In this document: piece after piece, positions 1 through 9,611 of the stretch
Layout: every line of letters starts with the position of its first letter
Position numbering within the stretch: the first letter of the stretch is position 1
Source of the DNA: an uncultured bacterium
GTDB lineage: Bacteria > Oederibacteriota > JAAXVQ01 > JAUVAV01
Assembly (NCBI GenBank): GCA_965371665.1
Contig: CBDUZI010000001.1
Coordinates: 9,411 to 73,410, forward strand
DNA length: 64,000 bases
Direction of reading: 5' to 3'
Made by a program: the position numbers and the translations under genes
Notes under the pieces: generated by a model
What the model saw: only the letters and a program-made list of their open reading frames with translations
Told to the model about the DNA's origin: nothing
Database searches by the model: none

Positions 1-81
1 AGTAAGTATGTTTTTACCCGGACCGGCCTGATCCGCCGTTTCTCCGCTGGAAGTCACAGATTCCAATTCCTTCAGCGCCAA
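1..81 (-). CDS. possible 5' end of another minus-strand gene continuing past the left edge (product unknown)
   Basis: Reverse strand: AGGAGG (87-92), 5-nt spacer, TTG (81-79), then 26 open codons (ALKELESVTSSGETADQAGPGKNILT) to the window edge. Not in the ORF track (TTG start, truncated). Weak support only. Confidence 0.25.
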   Translation of the reverse strand, partial: MALKELESVTSSGETADQAGPGKNILT

Positions 82-145
82 TCTTTCCTCCTGACTATTT
101 AATATCTGTTGTGGAAACCCTTTTTTATAGAAATTCTCTCGCTTT

Positions 146-263
146 GTCATTCCGAGCGAAGCGAGGAATCTCTAAAACCCCTGCTTTTCAAAGAGATTCC
201 TCGGTCGCTTCGCTTCCTCGGAATGACAAAAAAATTAAAATGGCCTTTCCGCAACAGAAACTA
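146..263. repeat. intergenic hairpin element, type B, copy 1
   Basis: Imperfect long inverted repeat GTCATTCCGAG..CGAGGAATCTCT (146-173) / AGAGATTCCTCG..CTCGGAATGAC (192-227), followed by the box CTTTCCGCAACAGAAACTA (245-263). The box contains the stop codon of the SBP gene. The same architecture recurs at 14443-14577. Confidence 0.7.
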
Positions 264-1571
264 TTTAGCCATTACTTTTTGTTTAGTCTTCCAAGCCTGT
301 TTAAGCACTTTTTCCGGATCAGACTTTCCGATTAAAATGGACTGCATGCCTTTTGAGATCACTTCCCGGACTTCATATTTTTCTTCCATTTTCAGGTCCG
401 GGGTAAGATTTCGCATGCCCTTGGCAAAATCCTTAAGCAAAGGATCAATCTCATCCATGGCTTGGAAATTCGCCGGTATCTGCTTGGATTCCTTGGCCAG
501 CCTGACTTGTTGCTCTTTGGACAAAAACCAGCGTAAAAAGGCTACTGCTTCCTCCGGATTTTCCGAATTGTTGGTCACCGCACAGCCTTTCCCCACCCCG
601 CCGATAAGGTACATGGGATGGGCCGCATCCTCCGGCTTGGGAAAAGGAAAAACACCCAATTCCAGTTCCGAATTCATCTCGAGATAGACATTTACCGCCC
701 AGGAACCATTCAACATCATGGCCGCCTTCTGATTGGCAAAATTGATTTCCGCGTCTTTGTTGGACATGGAAACCGCTCCGGGGTAGAGTATCTTTTTTTT
801 CTGCATATCCACCACGCGCTCGAGAACGCTTACACATCCCGGGTCAGTATAGGGCAAGGTTCCCGAGTATAACTTGCGCATTTTTTCTTCTCCCAGATAA
901 GTCCAGCAATAAGCATTAAAAAAGGTATAATCGATCCAAAGATCTCCGAAGCCCACCAGGAAGGGAGGAATGCCGGCACGGTTAAGCTGATCCCCGGCCT
1001 CCAGGAATTCGTCCCAGGTTGCCGGGGGTTTTTCGGGATCCAGACCGGCTTTTTTGAAAAGCTGCTTATTGTAATATATCTGAATATTCATTACGGAAAT
1101 CGGCACACCCCAGAAGGTATCGGGCTTAACCTCATAGGCATTGCCTTCCTCGTAATGAAACGCTTTTAAGGCCCGCGGAAAAAAGGTGTTACGCCAGGCA
1201 GAAGTATCCGCGTTCAATTTCCCGGTCATTTCATATATTCTTCCAGCCCGAATATAGCGGGCCAGAAGTTCTCCGCCTCCCGCCAAGCCAATGATATCCG
1301 GCAAGGTGTTGGCATTAGCCGAGGCTTGCAGCTTATTAAAGTAATCCGAACCGACCGGCGCCGAGAGTTCGAATGCCACCTTAACCCCGGTCTCTTCCTC
1401 ATATTCCTTGGCCATACTTTCAAACATGGATTGCTGATCCGCCCACCATTCCCAAAAAGTAATTTTTACCTCCCTCTTTTTCTCGGGGTGCTTCCCGCAC
1501 CCGAACAACAAGCCACCTACCATCAAACCGGTCAATGCCAATGTGAACAGTCTACTTCTTTGAAGCTTCAT
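261..1571 (-). CDS. ABC transporter extracellular solute-binding lipoprotein (carbohydrate type, family 1)
   Basis: 436-aa ORF. Lipoprotein signal MKLQRSRLFTLALTGLMVGGLLFGC (lipobox LFGC). Length and motifs (ITFWEWW, IQIYYNKQLFKKAGLDPEKPPATWDEF, MMLNGSWA) are typical of sugar-binding SBPs. Its ATG (1571-1569) overlaps the TGA (1570-1568) of the upstream gene. Confidence 0.9.
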   Translation of the reverse strand: MKLQRSRLFTLALTGLMVGGLLFGCGKHPEKKREVKITFWEWWADQQSMFESMAKEYEEETGVKVAFELSAPVGSDYFNKLQASANANTLPDIIGLAGGGELLARYIRAGRIYEMTGKLNADTSAWRNTFFPRALKAFHYEEGNAYEVKPDTFWGVPISVMNIQIYYNKQLFKKAGLDPEKPPATWDEFLEAGDQLNRAGIPPFLVGFGDLWIDYTFFNAYCWTYLGEEKMRKLYSGTLPYTDPGCVSVLERVVDMQKKKILYPGAVSMSNKDAEINFANQKAAMMLNGSWAVNVYLEMNSELELGVFPFPKPEDAAHPMYLIGGVGKGCAVTNNSENPEEAVAFLRWFLSKEQQVRLAKESKQIPANFQAMDEIDPLLKDFAKGMRNLTPDLKMEEKYEVREVISKGMQSILIGKSDPEKVLKQAWKTKQKVMAK

Positions 1572-4500
1572 TTAATTTCCTCCTTCCAATTATTATTGCC
1601 CACGATATAAAAAACGGTAAAATTCCGCTTTTCCCCAGGCTTTAGAGTGACTTCTTTGCCTAATAGTTCCATGGTATAAAAATTCGAGTCCTGCCAAACA
1701 CCGATTTGACCAATCTCCTCATGCTTGAATAATTGCATAAAATAATCTTTAGTAGCTTGGTTTAGCCCTACCACCCAACCCGCACGCGGTTCATAAGAAT
1801 CTTTATCGATTTTCGCAATAAATTTTTCAGTTACGAACTTGACTCTTTTCTTATTTTCAGGGTCAGAGATTGGCATAATCATCCTATGTTGCTCGTCCGC
1901 AAAATTATTTTTACCCGGAGCAAGATCAGGATGATTGAACCACTGATATTTCATGATGTCACCCGATAAGTTGGTAACTTGATAGTCTACCTGGAGGCGT
2001 CTTCCCTTAGCAGGTAGTATCATAGTTCTTTCGAGAAGGAGCCCCTTGCGGGTTTTAGTATACATTTTAACCGCTGCTTCATTCCCGTCATCAGTTACAA
2101 TCTCCGCCTCCCAATGATTATTCCAAACCACACCAGGCCAGCCCGATGGAAACCAGTCATTTATACCTCCGTATTCAATCCAGTCCCTATCACCTTTACG
2201 TTTCGCTATCTTAGGATAATTTTGATAAAGCATATTAGCACCGGTTTCGCGATGATAAAACGCCATTATTCTCCCGCCAATATCCTGAACGGCTTGAATT
2301 TCCACTTCGGCATTCGCTAAAATGACATCCTCGTCGCCACGCTTCATGATATCACCCATTAACACTTTAGCTTCCCCTTCAACCACAACTGGATATATTA
2401 ATTTAAATCGTTTTATTTCCTGGGGACATCTCAATTCAAAACCAAGGGTTTCTTTTCGAGCTTTCAAAGGCAATATGGAAAACTCCAACAGGACCTCCCC
2501 ACCTTTAGGAACGCTGAAGTTTAATTCTTGCGGTTCTACTTGCAAACCCTTTGAGGGGGTTAACATCACTGTTCCTTGGGTACTCATATTCCCACTAGCA
2601 ATCAGTCGAATAATACCTGTACTTTTCTTACCTTTCACCAGCACTCGTGGTCCTTCGCATGAAATAATTCGCCACACGGGCAAAACTTCAACTTTCTGAG
2701 GTTTAGACTTAAAAAAATTCTTCTTGACTCGAAAACTCGCAATAATGTCATAAGTTTTTTTCTTTTCAAGACTCGGTGGCAAAACAGAAAAAGTAAGTTT
2801 CTTTGTTTTCCCTGTATTTAGGTCCAACTTTTCTTCCTTTTTCCCTTTCCACGCTTTCGGCAGATTTAGCATCACCCTCCCTCTGACTTTTTCCGTGAAG
2901 TTATTCTTTACTTCCACTTCCAGTTTCGTCCATTTTCCCGCAGATACTGCTTGTTGGTCAGTCAGAATATCAACCTCAAAGGGCGAAATAACTTTAACAA
3001 TACCTTGGGATGAAACCGTTTTTACTTTTCTTCCCCGTGGAGTAATGAGTTCTCCTTTCAACCAGATAATATCTCCGGCTTCCGCGGTAGAAGGAATTTG
3101 AAAGGGGAAAACGGTTGAGATCACCTGGCCAGAAGCTAATTGGGGGATAGGACGCGTTTTCAACACGTGCTGAGGAGAAAGTGTGGCATAACCCGCCCGG
3201 GAATTAATCACAGGTTCGTTGCGTTTCACGAGCCATGCGGATAACGCTAAGCGAGCATTAGAAAGCACTTTCTGACTTAAATTCCTCGCTTCCAAACCAA
3301 TCTGAATCTCGGTATTAACTGTTGCACTTAACTTTGAAGCACGTACATTAATAAAATAATCCTGCTTATACTTTGCATTATATTCCATGACATATGTACT
3401 CGCTTCCGTAGCCGCCCCAACAGCATCCGGATAGAAGGAGATCGTCTGGGGTGTAGTTGCCACGAAGGTTATTGGTCTCCCCCCCTGCCGGACAGTAATG
3501 GCTTCATCGAATTTCCATTCCGCAGGACGCGGTAAGGTTAAGAGCGTTTTTTGATATTGCTGCAACTGGATAACCGTGATCCGGTTTTTTTCTCTTTCAA
3601 TGACGAGGTACTGGTCGCCGGTTAAATCAAATCCATAAAGACGGGAAAAGCGGCCGGCTAAAAAGGTCCCGGAATTATTTGTAGCTATAAAACCGTTTTT
3701 AGAAACTGTATGGTTTAATACCTCCAGTTCATGGACATTTGAAATATTCGCCAAAATACCCAGATCAGGATAGGCGGACCAGAAAATCCGGTTGGGCTCC
3801 GGCTGGGAATAATTCAGTAGTGGTTTGCCCACATATTTGGATACGACTCGTTTCTGTAATTGATCCGCCAGGGCAAACCATTTTTTTTGATTATGCCATC
3901 TAGAAACCCAGCGACCATTCAGCATATGGTAGCCATGGGCGAGATACCAGACTATTTTTTCATGACTCTCACAAAATACTTCATGGGCGAGGTCATGATG
4001 AAAAAAACAAACATGTTCGTGACCGAGATACTGCGCTATAGGAAAATATTCCCAGTTCCCTTCTCCGAAAAGGTTATTATAATCCACACTCTCCGGAACG
4101 GTAAAAGAAGCCAAGCCGCTGAAACCGCTCATCATGGGTATCAAGCGATCGTATCCCTGTTCAGTAAACAAAGGACCCAATTTCAGGTATGCTTCACAGT
4201 TTTCATACCAGGCTTGGCAATAACCGATCGGATTTTTTAATGTCGGATTTAAATCAAAATAAATAAAACGCGCACCAATCTGATCCAGGAATAATATATC
4301 GATACCATATTCTTTAAAAAATTTATTCGCAATATGATTCCCGGCTTTGACCACAGCGGGATGGCGAGGCGAAGCCGCCCAGCCTTTTCCGCCGGAAGGA
4401 TAGAATTCATATTTAAGATCATTCTTTAAATCCCGGCTCGCTATCTCTTCCGGACCACCTGCTCTTTCCAATGTCGGACTAATATTCCAGAAAGTCGGAT

Positions 4501-6784
4501 TGGTATAAGGCATAACCACCAGGTCATGCTTCTTGGCCAAAGCAATGCTTTTTTTAAAATCGGCATTCGTCCCAAAGGTCGGATCAACAGGCCAGAAGTC
4601 CGGCATATGCCGATCGAAGCCTTCCAACCACCAAGCTACAAAATGAACAATCGTCCCTTTGGGCAATTCTTTAAAATATTTATTAACATAACGAAAACTG
4701 CGATTCATATCCAAAGAAATTTTCAATAATACCCCTTGCCTAATTTTAGAAAATAAGGTTTTACCCAATTTATCAATCAAAAGCGGAGCCTTGGTCAGCT
4801 TATTGTCTTTTTTAAAACGTCGCAAAGCAGCCTCAACTTTTTCACCAAATACCATTCTCAACGGTTGGCCCTCCCAGCTGGTTTTCGGCTCAATATAGGT
4901 CGTCCAAACGTGTTCATAAACACCACGCCTGCCGCGAGCGTAACCAACATTAATTCGGGTCGATTCGATCGGCTTATCTGCCCAAAGCAGAAAAGAAGAA
5001 AATTGTCCCCCGTCAGTTAAAGACCAGTTGATAAAGTCTGAGAATAAAAAGGGATAAGTCGTTTTCCAACGCCGTTTATTCTTAAAAAATTGCTGATTAA
5101 ATGCTATTCCCATACGCCACGGTAAATAAAATCGTTCAAGTTTTCCATAATCAAAGCTCAACTTGGGCATTTCCACTCCAATAACCGTCTTATCCTCATG
5201 ATTTTGAAATTTGGCATACAAATCAAAGTAGTTATAGTTACTGAACACCAAATTGACAGCCATGACCGAAGAACCTCGTTGGGAGAGCAAACGAAGCGTA
5301 CGGCTACTCTCGATCCATCGATATGAAAATTTTGCTTCCTTATCTGCCAGAAACTCCTCGGAATTGAGAAAGGTTCCTTCTTTAAACATAATCCGCCAAA
5401 GGTAAGCATGTTCAAACCCTAATGAAACTCGGGAATTATTTATCCTATCTGTCAGAGATTCGAAAACCCCGGTTTTGCGGCTCAGAATCACCTGATAATA
5501 CTTATTTTGAATTGTAAGTTGATTTCCGGTTTCAGAAAATCCCGGGGGGCTACTCTCTTGGGAAACCGTTTGGGCCCTATGCTTCTCCCCAAAAACCTTT
5601 TGCAGGCCCCCTTGATCCAGAGATTTTTTTTGCTTTTTATAGGTAACCGGCAATGGTGCTTTAGTATAGGGTTGAGCGGCGATCAGAGACGGAAGCGGTT
5701 GAATTAACTGGGAGGGAACAAAGCCTGCCACCAATTTGATTTTTCTTTTCCCGATAAATTTGACCGAAGAAAACTCGATTTCGTGACCCCTATTAGGCTT
5801 TTTCTCATCCTCGGTTGTAACTCCTAATTTTAATATAAATGTCTGCGGACCTTTTAAATAATTAAACTTCCCAGCTAAATCATAAATATACCTCCCGGGT
5901 TTGGAAATGTACTCTAAGCGATGATACCCTCCGCGAAATTGAGGGCCACTAAAAATCACATACATATTGGCGGTTAAGCGACCAACCTTAATCTCTAATT
6001 TGGGATACTCCTCGAAATCGACTGTCAGCTCTTTGTTTACACAGCCATAGCACTGGTGCGGGTAATCGCCGATTAGCTTGATTTTTTCATCTTCGGTTTT
6101 TTGAAGATGAGCGCCTGAACTCCCGCCATTTTCAGCACGATTACTCCAACCTAAAACGCTGGTTTCCAAGGTGGCCTTTTCTAACGCCGCTTCCTCAGCT
6201 TCTGATAAACCCTTCTGGGCCACCACCTTTATCTTTTTTGCCCTGCTGGAGGATACCAATTTCAAACTGGAAAATGTAAAACTCAATCCTTTATTTGCAG
6301 GACGTTCGGAAGTGGCTATCCCTAATTCCAGACGTATTCTTCGGACCCCATTCAAGCCGGTTGCTTTTCGAATATTGTAAGCTCTTTTCCCGACCGCCTT
6401 GGTTCCTTTTTCGGGCTTAATATAATCATTTTTACTAAAACCATCCTCGATATTAGGATTTTGAATCACTAAATACCAAGCCGCATTACAAGCCGTAACT
6501 TCAATTTCCAAAATAGGATATTTATCCAGGTCCCATTCAATATTCTGATAAACCATACCGTAAAAGAGGCTCGTGGAGGTGCCGATCACCCGGGCCTGGT
6601 TTTCAAAGAGCTTAATCTTAGCGCCGGTTGGGGTGTCGTCAGGCCAGGCCACACGCCAACGTTCCAGCGATTTATGCTTGGCATCGAATAAAACATGAGC
6701 CTTAACCTTGGCCTCCACGTGATTAACCCCCCAGGCAGCGAATATAAAGGCAGTAAATATTATTCCACATAAAAAATTTTTCAT
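1568..6784 (-). CDS. 1738-aa secreted multidomain protein, putative glycan-active enzyme (2 shared modules + TIM-barrel-like block + Ig-like repeats + mutarotase-like C-terminus)
   Basis: AGGAGGG lies 9 nt upstream of the ATG; signal peptide MKNFLCGIIFTAFIFAAWGVNHVEA. Two shared-module copies at about 6697-6229 and 6172-5734 (TVDFEEYPKLEIKVG). Central block at about 4750-3900 with FVAWWLEGFDRHMPDFWP, LVVMPYTNPTFW, ILFLDQIG and FFHHDLAHE, resembling uncharacterised glycoside-hydrolase-like TIM barrels. CARDB/Ig-like repeats at about 3400-2330. Galactose-mutarotase-like block at about 2330-1571 (GGRIMAFYH, EYGGINDWFPSGWPG). The CDS call is strong; confidence in the function is only about 0.4. 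Confidence 0.85.
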   Translation of the reverse strand: MKNFLCGIIFTAFIFAAWGVNHVEAKVKAHVLFDAKHKSLERWRVAWPDDTPTGAKIKLFENQARVIGTSTSLFYGMVYQNIEWDLDKYPILEIEVTACNAAWYLVIQNPNIEDGFSKNDYIKPEKGTKAVGKRAYNIRKATGLNGVRRIRLELGIATSERPANKGLSFTFSSLKLVSSSRAKKIKVVAQKGLSEAEEAALEKATLETSVLGWSNRAENGGSSGAHLQKTEDEKIKLIGDYPHQCYGCVNKELTVDFEEYPKLEIKVGRLTANMYVIFSGPQFRGGYHRLEYISKPGRYIYDLAGKFNYLKGPQTFILKLGVTTEDEKKPNRGHEIEFSSVKFIGKRKIKLVAGFVPSQLIQPLPSLIAAQPYTKAPLPVTYKKQKKSLDQGGLQKVFGEKHRAQTVSQESSPPGFSETGNQLTIQNKYYQVILSRKTGVFESLTDRINNSRVSLGFEHAYLWRIMFKEGTFLNSEEFLADKEAKFSYRWIESSRTLRLLSQRGSSVMAVNLVFSNYNYFDLYAKFQNHEDKTVIGVEMPKLSFDYGKLERFYLPWRMGIAFNQQFFKNKRRWKTTYPFLFSDFINWSLTDGGQFSSFLLWADKPIESTRINVGYARGRRGVYEHVWTTYIEPKTSWEGQPLRMVFGEKVEAALRRFKKDNKLTKAPLLIDKLGKTLFSKIRQGVLLKISLDMNRSFRYVNKYFKELPKGTIVHFVAWWLEGFDRHMPDFWPVDPTFGTNADFKKSIALAKKHDLVVMPYTNPTFWNISPTLERAGGPEEIASRDLKNDLKYEFYPSGGKGWAASPRHPAVVKAGNHIANKFFKEYGIDILFLDQIGARFIYFDLNPTLKNPIGYCQAWYENCEAYLKLGPLFTEQGYDRLIPMMSGFSGLASFTVPESVDYNNLFGEGNWEYFPIAQYLGHEHVCFFHHDLAHEVFCESHEKIVWYLAHGYHMLNGRWVSRWHNQKKWFALADQLQKRVVSKYVGKPLLNYSQPEPNRIFWSAYPDLGILANISNVHELEVLNHTVSKNGFIATNNSGTFLAGRFSRLYGFDLTGDQYLVIEREKNRITVIQLQQYQKTLLTLPRPAEWKFDEAITVRQGGRPITFVATTPQTISFYPDAVGAATEASTYVMEYNAKYKQDYFINVRASKLSATVNTEIQIGLEARNLSQKVLSNARLALSAWLVKRNEPVINSRAGYATLSPQHVLKTRPIPQLASGQVISTVFPFQIPSTAEAGDIIWLKGELITPRGRKVKTVSSQGIVKVISPFEVDILTDQQAVSAGKWTKLEVEVKNNFTEKVRGRVMLNLPKAWKGKKEEKLDLNTGKTKKLTFSVLPPSLEKKKTYDIIASFRVKKNFFKSKPQKVEVLPVWRIISCEGPRVLVKGKKSTGIIRLIASGNMSTQGTVMLTPSKGLQVEPQELNFSVPKGGEVLLEFSILPLKARKETLGFELRCPQEIKRFKLIYPVVVEGEAKVLMGDIMKRGDEDVILANAEVEIQAVQDIGGRIMAFYHRETGANMLYQNYPKIAKRKGDRDWIEYGGINDWFPSGWPGVVWNNHWEAEIVTDDGNEAAVKMYTKTRKGLLLERTMILPAKGRRLQVDYQVTNLSGDIMKYQWFNHPDLAPGKNNFADEQHRMIMPISDPENKKRVKFVTEKFIAKIDKDSYEPRAGWVVGLNQATKDYFMQLFKHEEIGQIGVWQDSNFYTMELLGKEVTLKPGEKRNFTVFYIVGNNNWKEEIK

Positions 6785-7042
6785 TAAGCATAACCCTCCT
6801 AATTCGACTCTGCAATCAGCCTTTTACAGCCTCGGCTCTTCGTCTTATACTACCCACCCCAAACCGAAAGCAAAAACTGCTTTTTAGACACAGAAGCTCG
6901 AAGATTAAATCCCAAATCCGAAGCACCAAATCCGAAACAAATCCAAATTTCAAACTTCAAAATTCAAATAAAAAACAAGAAAAATCTTTGACCGGCTTTA
7001 CAGGATATACAAGATTTTATAAAAAATCATGTTCATCCTGTC

Positions 7043-7110
7043 AAAAAAATCACTATTTTCCTGCCACAAGCGGTTAATTACGTTTATCTGCGTCCATCGG
7101 CGGTTGTTAA
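7043..7110. repeat. intergenic repeat element, type A (internal part + right terminal core)
   Basis: AAAAAAATCACTATTTTCCTGCCACAAGCGGTTAATTACGTTTATCTGCGTCCATCGGCGGTTGTTAA. Near-identical units occur at 18592-18666 and 22486-22551. Confidence 0.75.
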
Positions 7111-7175
7111 TTTCTTGGTCATTCGAATTTCGATATTCGAATTTAATTACAATCTCTCTATGCCTCTGTGGCCCT

Positions 7176-8129
7176 CTAATATACCAAACCCACCGTAAAG
7201 AATTGAGTACCTCCAAAGCTGTCTGAGCTCCAAGTGGTAACCCGATAGGCATAGTCCAAACGAAAAGTGCACACCCCTATTGCTGTCCGAACACCGACGC
7301 CAAAGGTCATGCCTTCTGTCCCATCCGGGGCCAGGGCATACCCCAGGCGGGCCGCAAAAACACCGGCATAAAAAAATTCGCCTCCCATATGCAAGCTGGT
7401 TTCGGATTCCAGAGTCTGTTCAATATCCAGCGCCACAAAAAATTTTTCCAGTAAGCCTGACAACAAATCATATTTTGCGGAAAGAACAATACGCAGGGGC
7501 AGTGGATCCGCCTCATCGATGAATTTCAGGGGCAGGCCGAGATTTTTTACCGCCAGGCCGACCAGAGCCTCGGGCGCGGCTTCCCAGAGAACGCCGATGT
7601 CCGCCGCAAGGGTATTCGCGGAATATTCTCCCAGCGTGGAATTGAGAAACTTCAAGTTCAACCCGCAGGAGAAACCATCCAAAAATTTTGAGACCGGCCG
7701 GCCCAGGGAGATGATACCCAAAATATCTCTAACCTCAACGGACGACTGGCTGGTGCCGGCATCATTTAAAGACGGCATCCCGTGGTAGACAAAGGTAACT
7801 CCCAGTACTCCGAGGTGTGAGAACGGCATGGCAAAATTCAAGATCTCGGAATAGTCTTCCGCAATTCCGGTCTGATGCGTAAAAAGCCCGCTCACCCTCT
7901 GGACGGATTGCAAACCCGCCGGATTGTAAAATATAATCCCTGGATCGCCTGTTAGGGTACCACCAGCCCCACCCAAGGCACTGGCCCGGGCTGTGTTAGC
8001 CGTCACCAGCAACAGTCCTCCAGATGTATCGGCCGCATCGGCCTGCACCGCCAGGCAGATAACCGACATGCCGGCCACCACCAGACCAGTCGTTAGCATC
8101 AACATTTGAGAAATTCTTTTTGGGCTCAT
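7176..8129 (-). CDS. outer-membrane beta-barrel protein, PorV/PorQ/FadL-like
   Basis: The ORF track gives 7176..8234. The internal ATG at 8129-8127 gives a clean signal peptide (MSPKRISQMLMLTTGLVVAGMSVICLAVQADA) and an ATGA overlap with the stop (8128-8126) of the upstream gene. N-terminal motif ARASALGGAGGTLTGDPGIIFYNPAGL, alternating beta-strand pattern, C-terminal FFTVGLVY (terminal aromatic residue). Confidence 0.75.
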   Translation of the reverse strand: MSPKRISQMLMLTTGLVVAGMSVICLAVQADAADTSGGLLLVTANTARASALGGAGGTLTGDPGIIFYNPAGLQSVQRVSGLFTHQTGIAEDYSEILNFAMPFSHLGVLGVTFVYHGMPSLNDAGTSQSSVEVRDILGIISLGRPVSKFLDGFSCGLNLKFLNSTLGEYSANTLAADIGVLWEAAPEALVGLAVKNLGLPLKFIDEADPLPLRIVLSAKYDLLSGLLEKFFVALDIEQTLESETSLHMGGEFFYAGVFAARLGYALAPDGTEGMTFGVGVRTAIGVCTFRLDYAYRVTTWSSDSFGGTQFFTVGLVY

Positions 8130-9601
8130 TTTACTACCGCTACCCGAATATTCTTCTGGAATCGATTGCTTTCGAGCCTGATGATATAGACACCGCTGGC
8201 GACCCAGTCGCCGTTGGCATTCTTGCCATCCCACCGCACCTGGTCATCCACGGCTCCGGAAGCCGGGCCGTCGACTAAGGTACGTATTTTGCGGCCGGCT
8301 AAATTGTAAACCGTGATCCTCACCCGGCTGGCGTCTTCCGCACCGTAATGAATGGTTAATGACCCTTGCTTGGGCCGGAAGATGTTGGCAGAAGGCCGGA
8401 GTTCATTCACACCAACGATGGGCGTAGGGGTAGCGGTTGGCGGTTGGCTGGTTATCTCCAAGCAGTCGAATCCGAGCTTATCGCCATCGGCACTGCCGAT
8501 CCAGATAACAACGCGGAAAGTCTTTATCCCCGACCAACCGGTCGCAGAGGCATAATCGTAAACCAGAACCCCGGGCTGGGTAAGATTCGGAGACAAGGCG
8601 TGATAGTCTGTGCCATCATAAACATTGAGTAATTGGATTGTGGCCTGCGCGCTGCCTTCAGGCTCCACGGAATCCACCGTGGCAATGAAATACGGAAAGG
8701 CCGTTACATCCGTGGTAATAGGAGCGCTTTCCATCTTGTGCTCGCCCGTACCGGTAAAGGTCACCCAGCCGATGCCGGCTTGCGCATCCAGTTGCACGTT
8801 CGTCAACGTCCAATCGCTGGGAGGATCAAAATCCTCCACCCAGCCATTATTGACTCCAGTCGGTGTCGATGTTGGAGTATAAGATGTTGGAGTATAAGTA
8901 GCACTGTTTGTCGAAGTAGGTGTTATAGTTGGCGTATCTGTCATAGTCCAATCCGGAGTCTGAGTGGATGTGGGGCTCTTGGTTGGGCTGTCCGTAGGTG
9001 AACAGACCATAGTTTCCGTGGGAGTGGGTGATACTGTCGGCGTTGCGGTGGGGGTATAATCCACGTCATAAATGCGGACCGAATCAAAAGTAGCATAACA
9101 CCACTGCGGGCCGTACACTTTAAGCACAAAATAATAGAGCTGCGTTCCACTTTCTCCAGTAACCGAAGAAATATTATAGGAATAGGTGCCGGGTACGGTG
9201 GGAGTGCCAAACACAAAATATTCCCAGGTGGGCTTCTGCAGGGCTATTTCCACCTTGGTCGTACCCGCCTGGATGTCGCTGATGACGACCTCCATCCTGT
9301 TATATGTGCTTAAATCCACTGATTTAGTAATCGATGTGACATATCCGGCTCCGTCCATGCCGGTGACGGTAATATCTGCGTAACTGTCGCTCTGGCTATA
9401 AACCATCTCTGCCGGATTCGGCCCGCCGCCCCGGTCCGTGACATCGAACCAGCTTCCGGGCTTTTCTCCGGGCGTGCCGCCGGTAAAATCATCCATCCAG
9501 AGATTTGTTGCCTGGACCAAAGCAGCTGCACTCAGGCAAAGCCACCCGGCAGCCAGCCCTATCCGGCTGACCCGCAAAAAAGTACGTCCCCCTCTATGCA
9601 T
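8126..9601 (-). CDS. secreted protein: 2 shared modules, Pro/Thr-rich linker, C-terminal FlgD-Ig / T9SS-type sorting-like domain
   Basis: GGGGA lies 7 nt upstream of the ATG; signal peptide ..GLAAGWLCLSAAALVQA. Modules at about 9499-9061 and 8851-8446. PT linker at about 9070-8880 (TPTATPTVSPTPTE...TPTSYTPTSTPTG). The last 90 aa or so (8400-8129), RVRITVYNLAGRKIRTLVDG..VRWDGKNANGDWVASGVYIIRLESNRFQKNIRVAVVK, match the FlgD-Ig/Por-secretion-tail pattern. Confidence 0.8.
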   Translation of the reverse strand: MHRGGRTFLRVSRIGLAAGWLCLSAAALVQATNLWMDDFTGGTPGEKPGSWFDVTDRGGGPNPAEMVYSQSDSYADITVTGMDGAGYVTSITKSVDLSTYNRMEVVISDIQAGTTKVEIALQKPTWEYFVFGTPTVPGTYSYNISSVTGESGTQLYYFVLKVYGPQWCYATFDSVRIYDVDYTPTATPTVSPTPTETMVCSPTDSPTKSPTSTQTPDWTMTDTPTITPTSTNSATYTPTSYTPTSTPTGVNNGWVEDFDPPSDWTLTNVQLDAQAGIGWVTFTGTGEHKMESAPITTDVTAFPYFIATVDSVEPEGSAQATIQLLNVYDGTDYHALSPNLTQPGVLVYDYASATGWSGIKTFRVVIWIGSADGDKLGFDCLEITSQPPTATPTPIVGVNELRPSANIFRPKQGSLTIHYGAEDASRVRITVYNLAGRKIRTLVDGPASGAVDDQVRWDGKNANGDWVASGVYIIRLESNRFQKNIRVAVVK

Positions 9602-9611
9602 ACGCCATCCC

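Noticed and set aside
109-687. Plus-strand ORFs 109..687 (192 aa) and 111..335 (74 aa)
   Set aside because: Their 5' parts are translations of the type B hairpin repeat (..HSERSEES.., ..SFRAKRGIS..). The rest is antisense to the well-supported SBP gene. There is no RBS and the sequence is low-complexity.
8941-9531. Alternative-frame minus-strand ORFs 8941..9216 and 9310..9531 inside the 491-aa gene
   Set aside because: They are fully nested in a better-supported frame that has a signal peptide, module homology and a recognisable C-terminal domain. Their own products are Pro/Arg-rich with no features.
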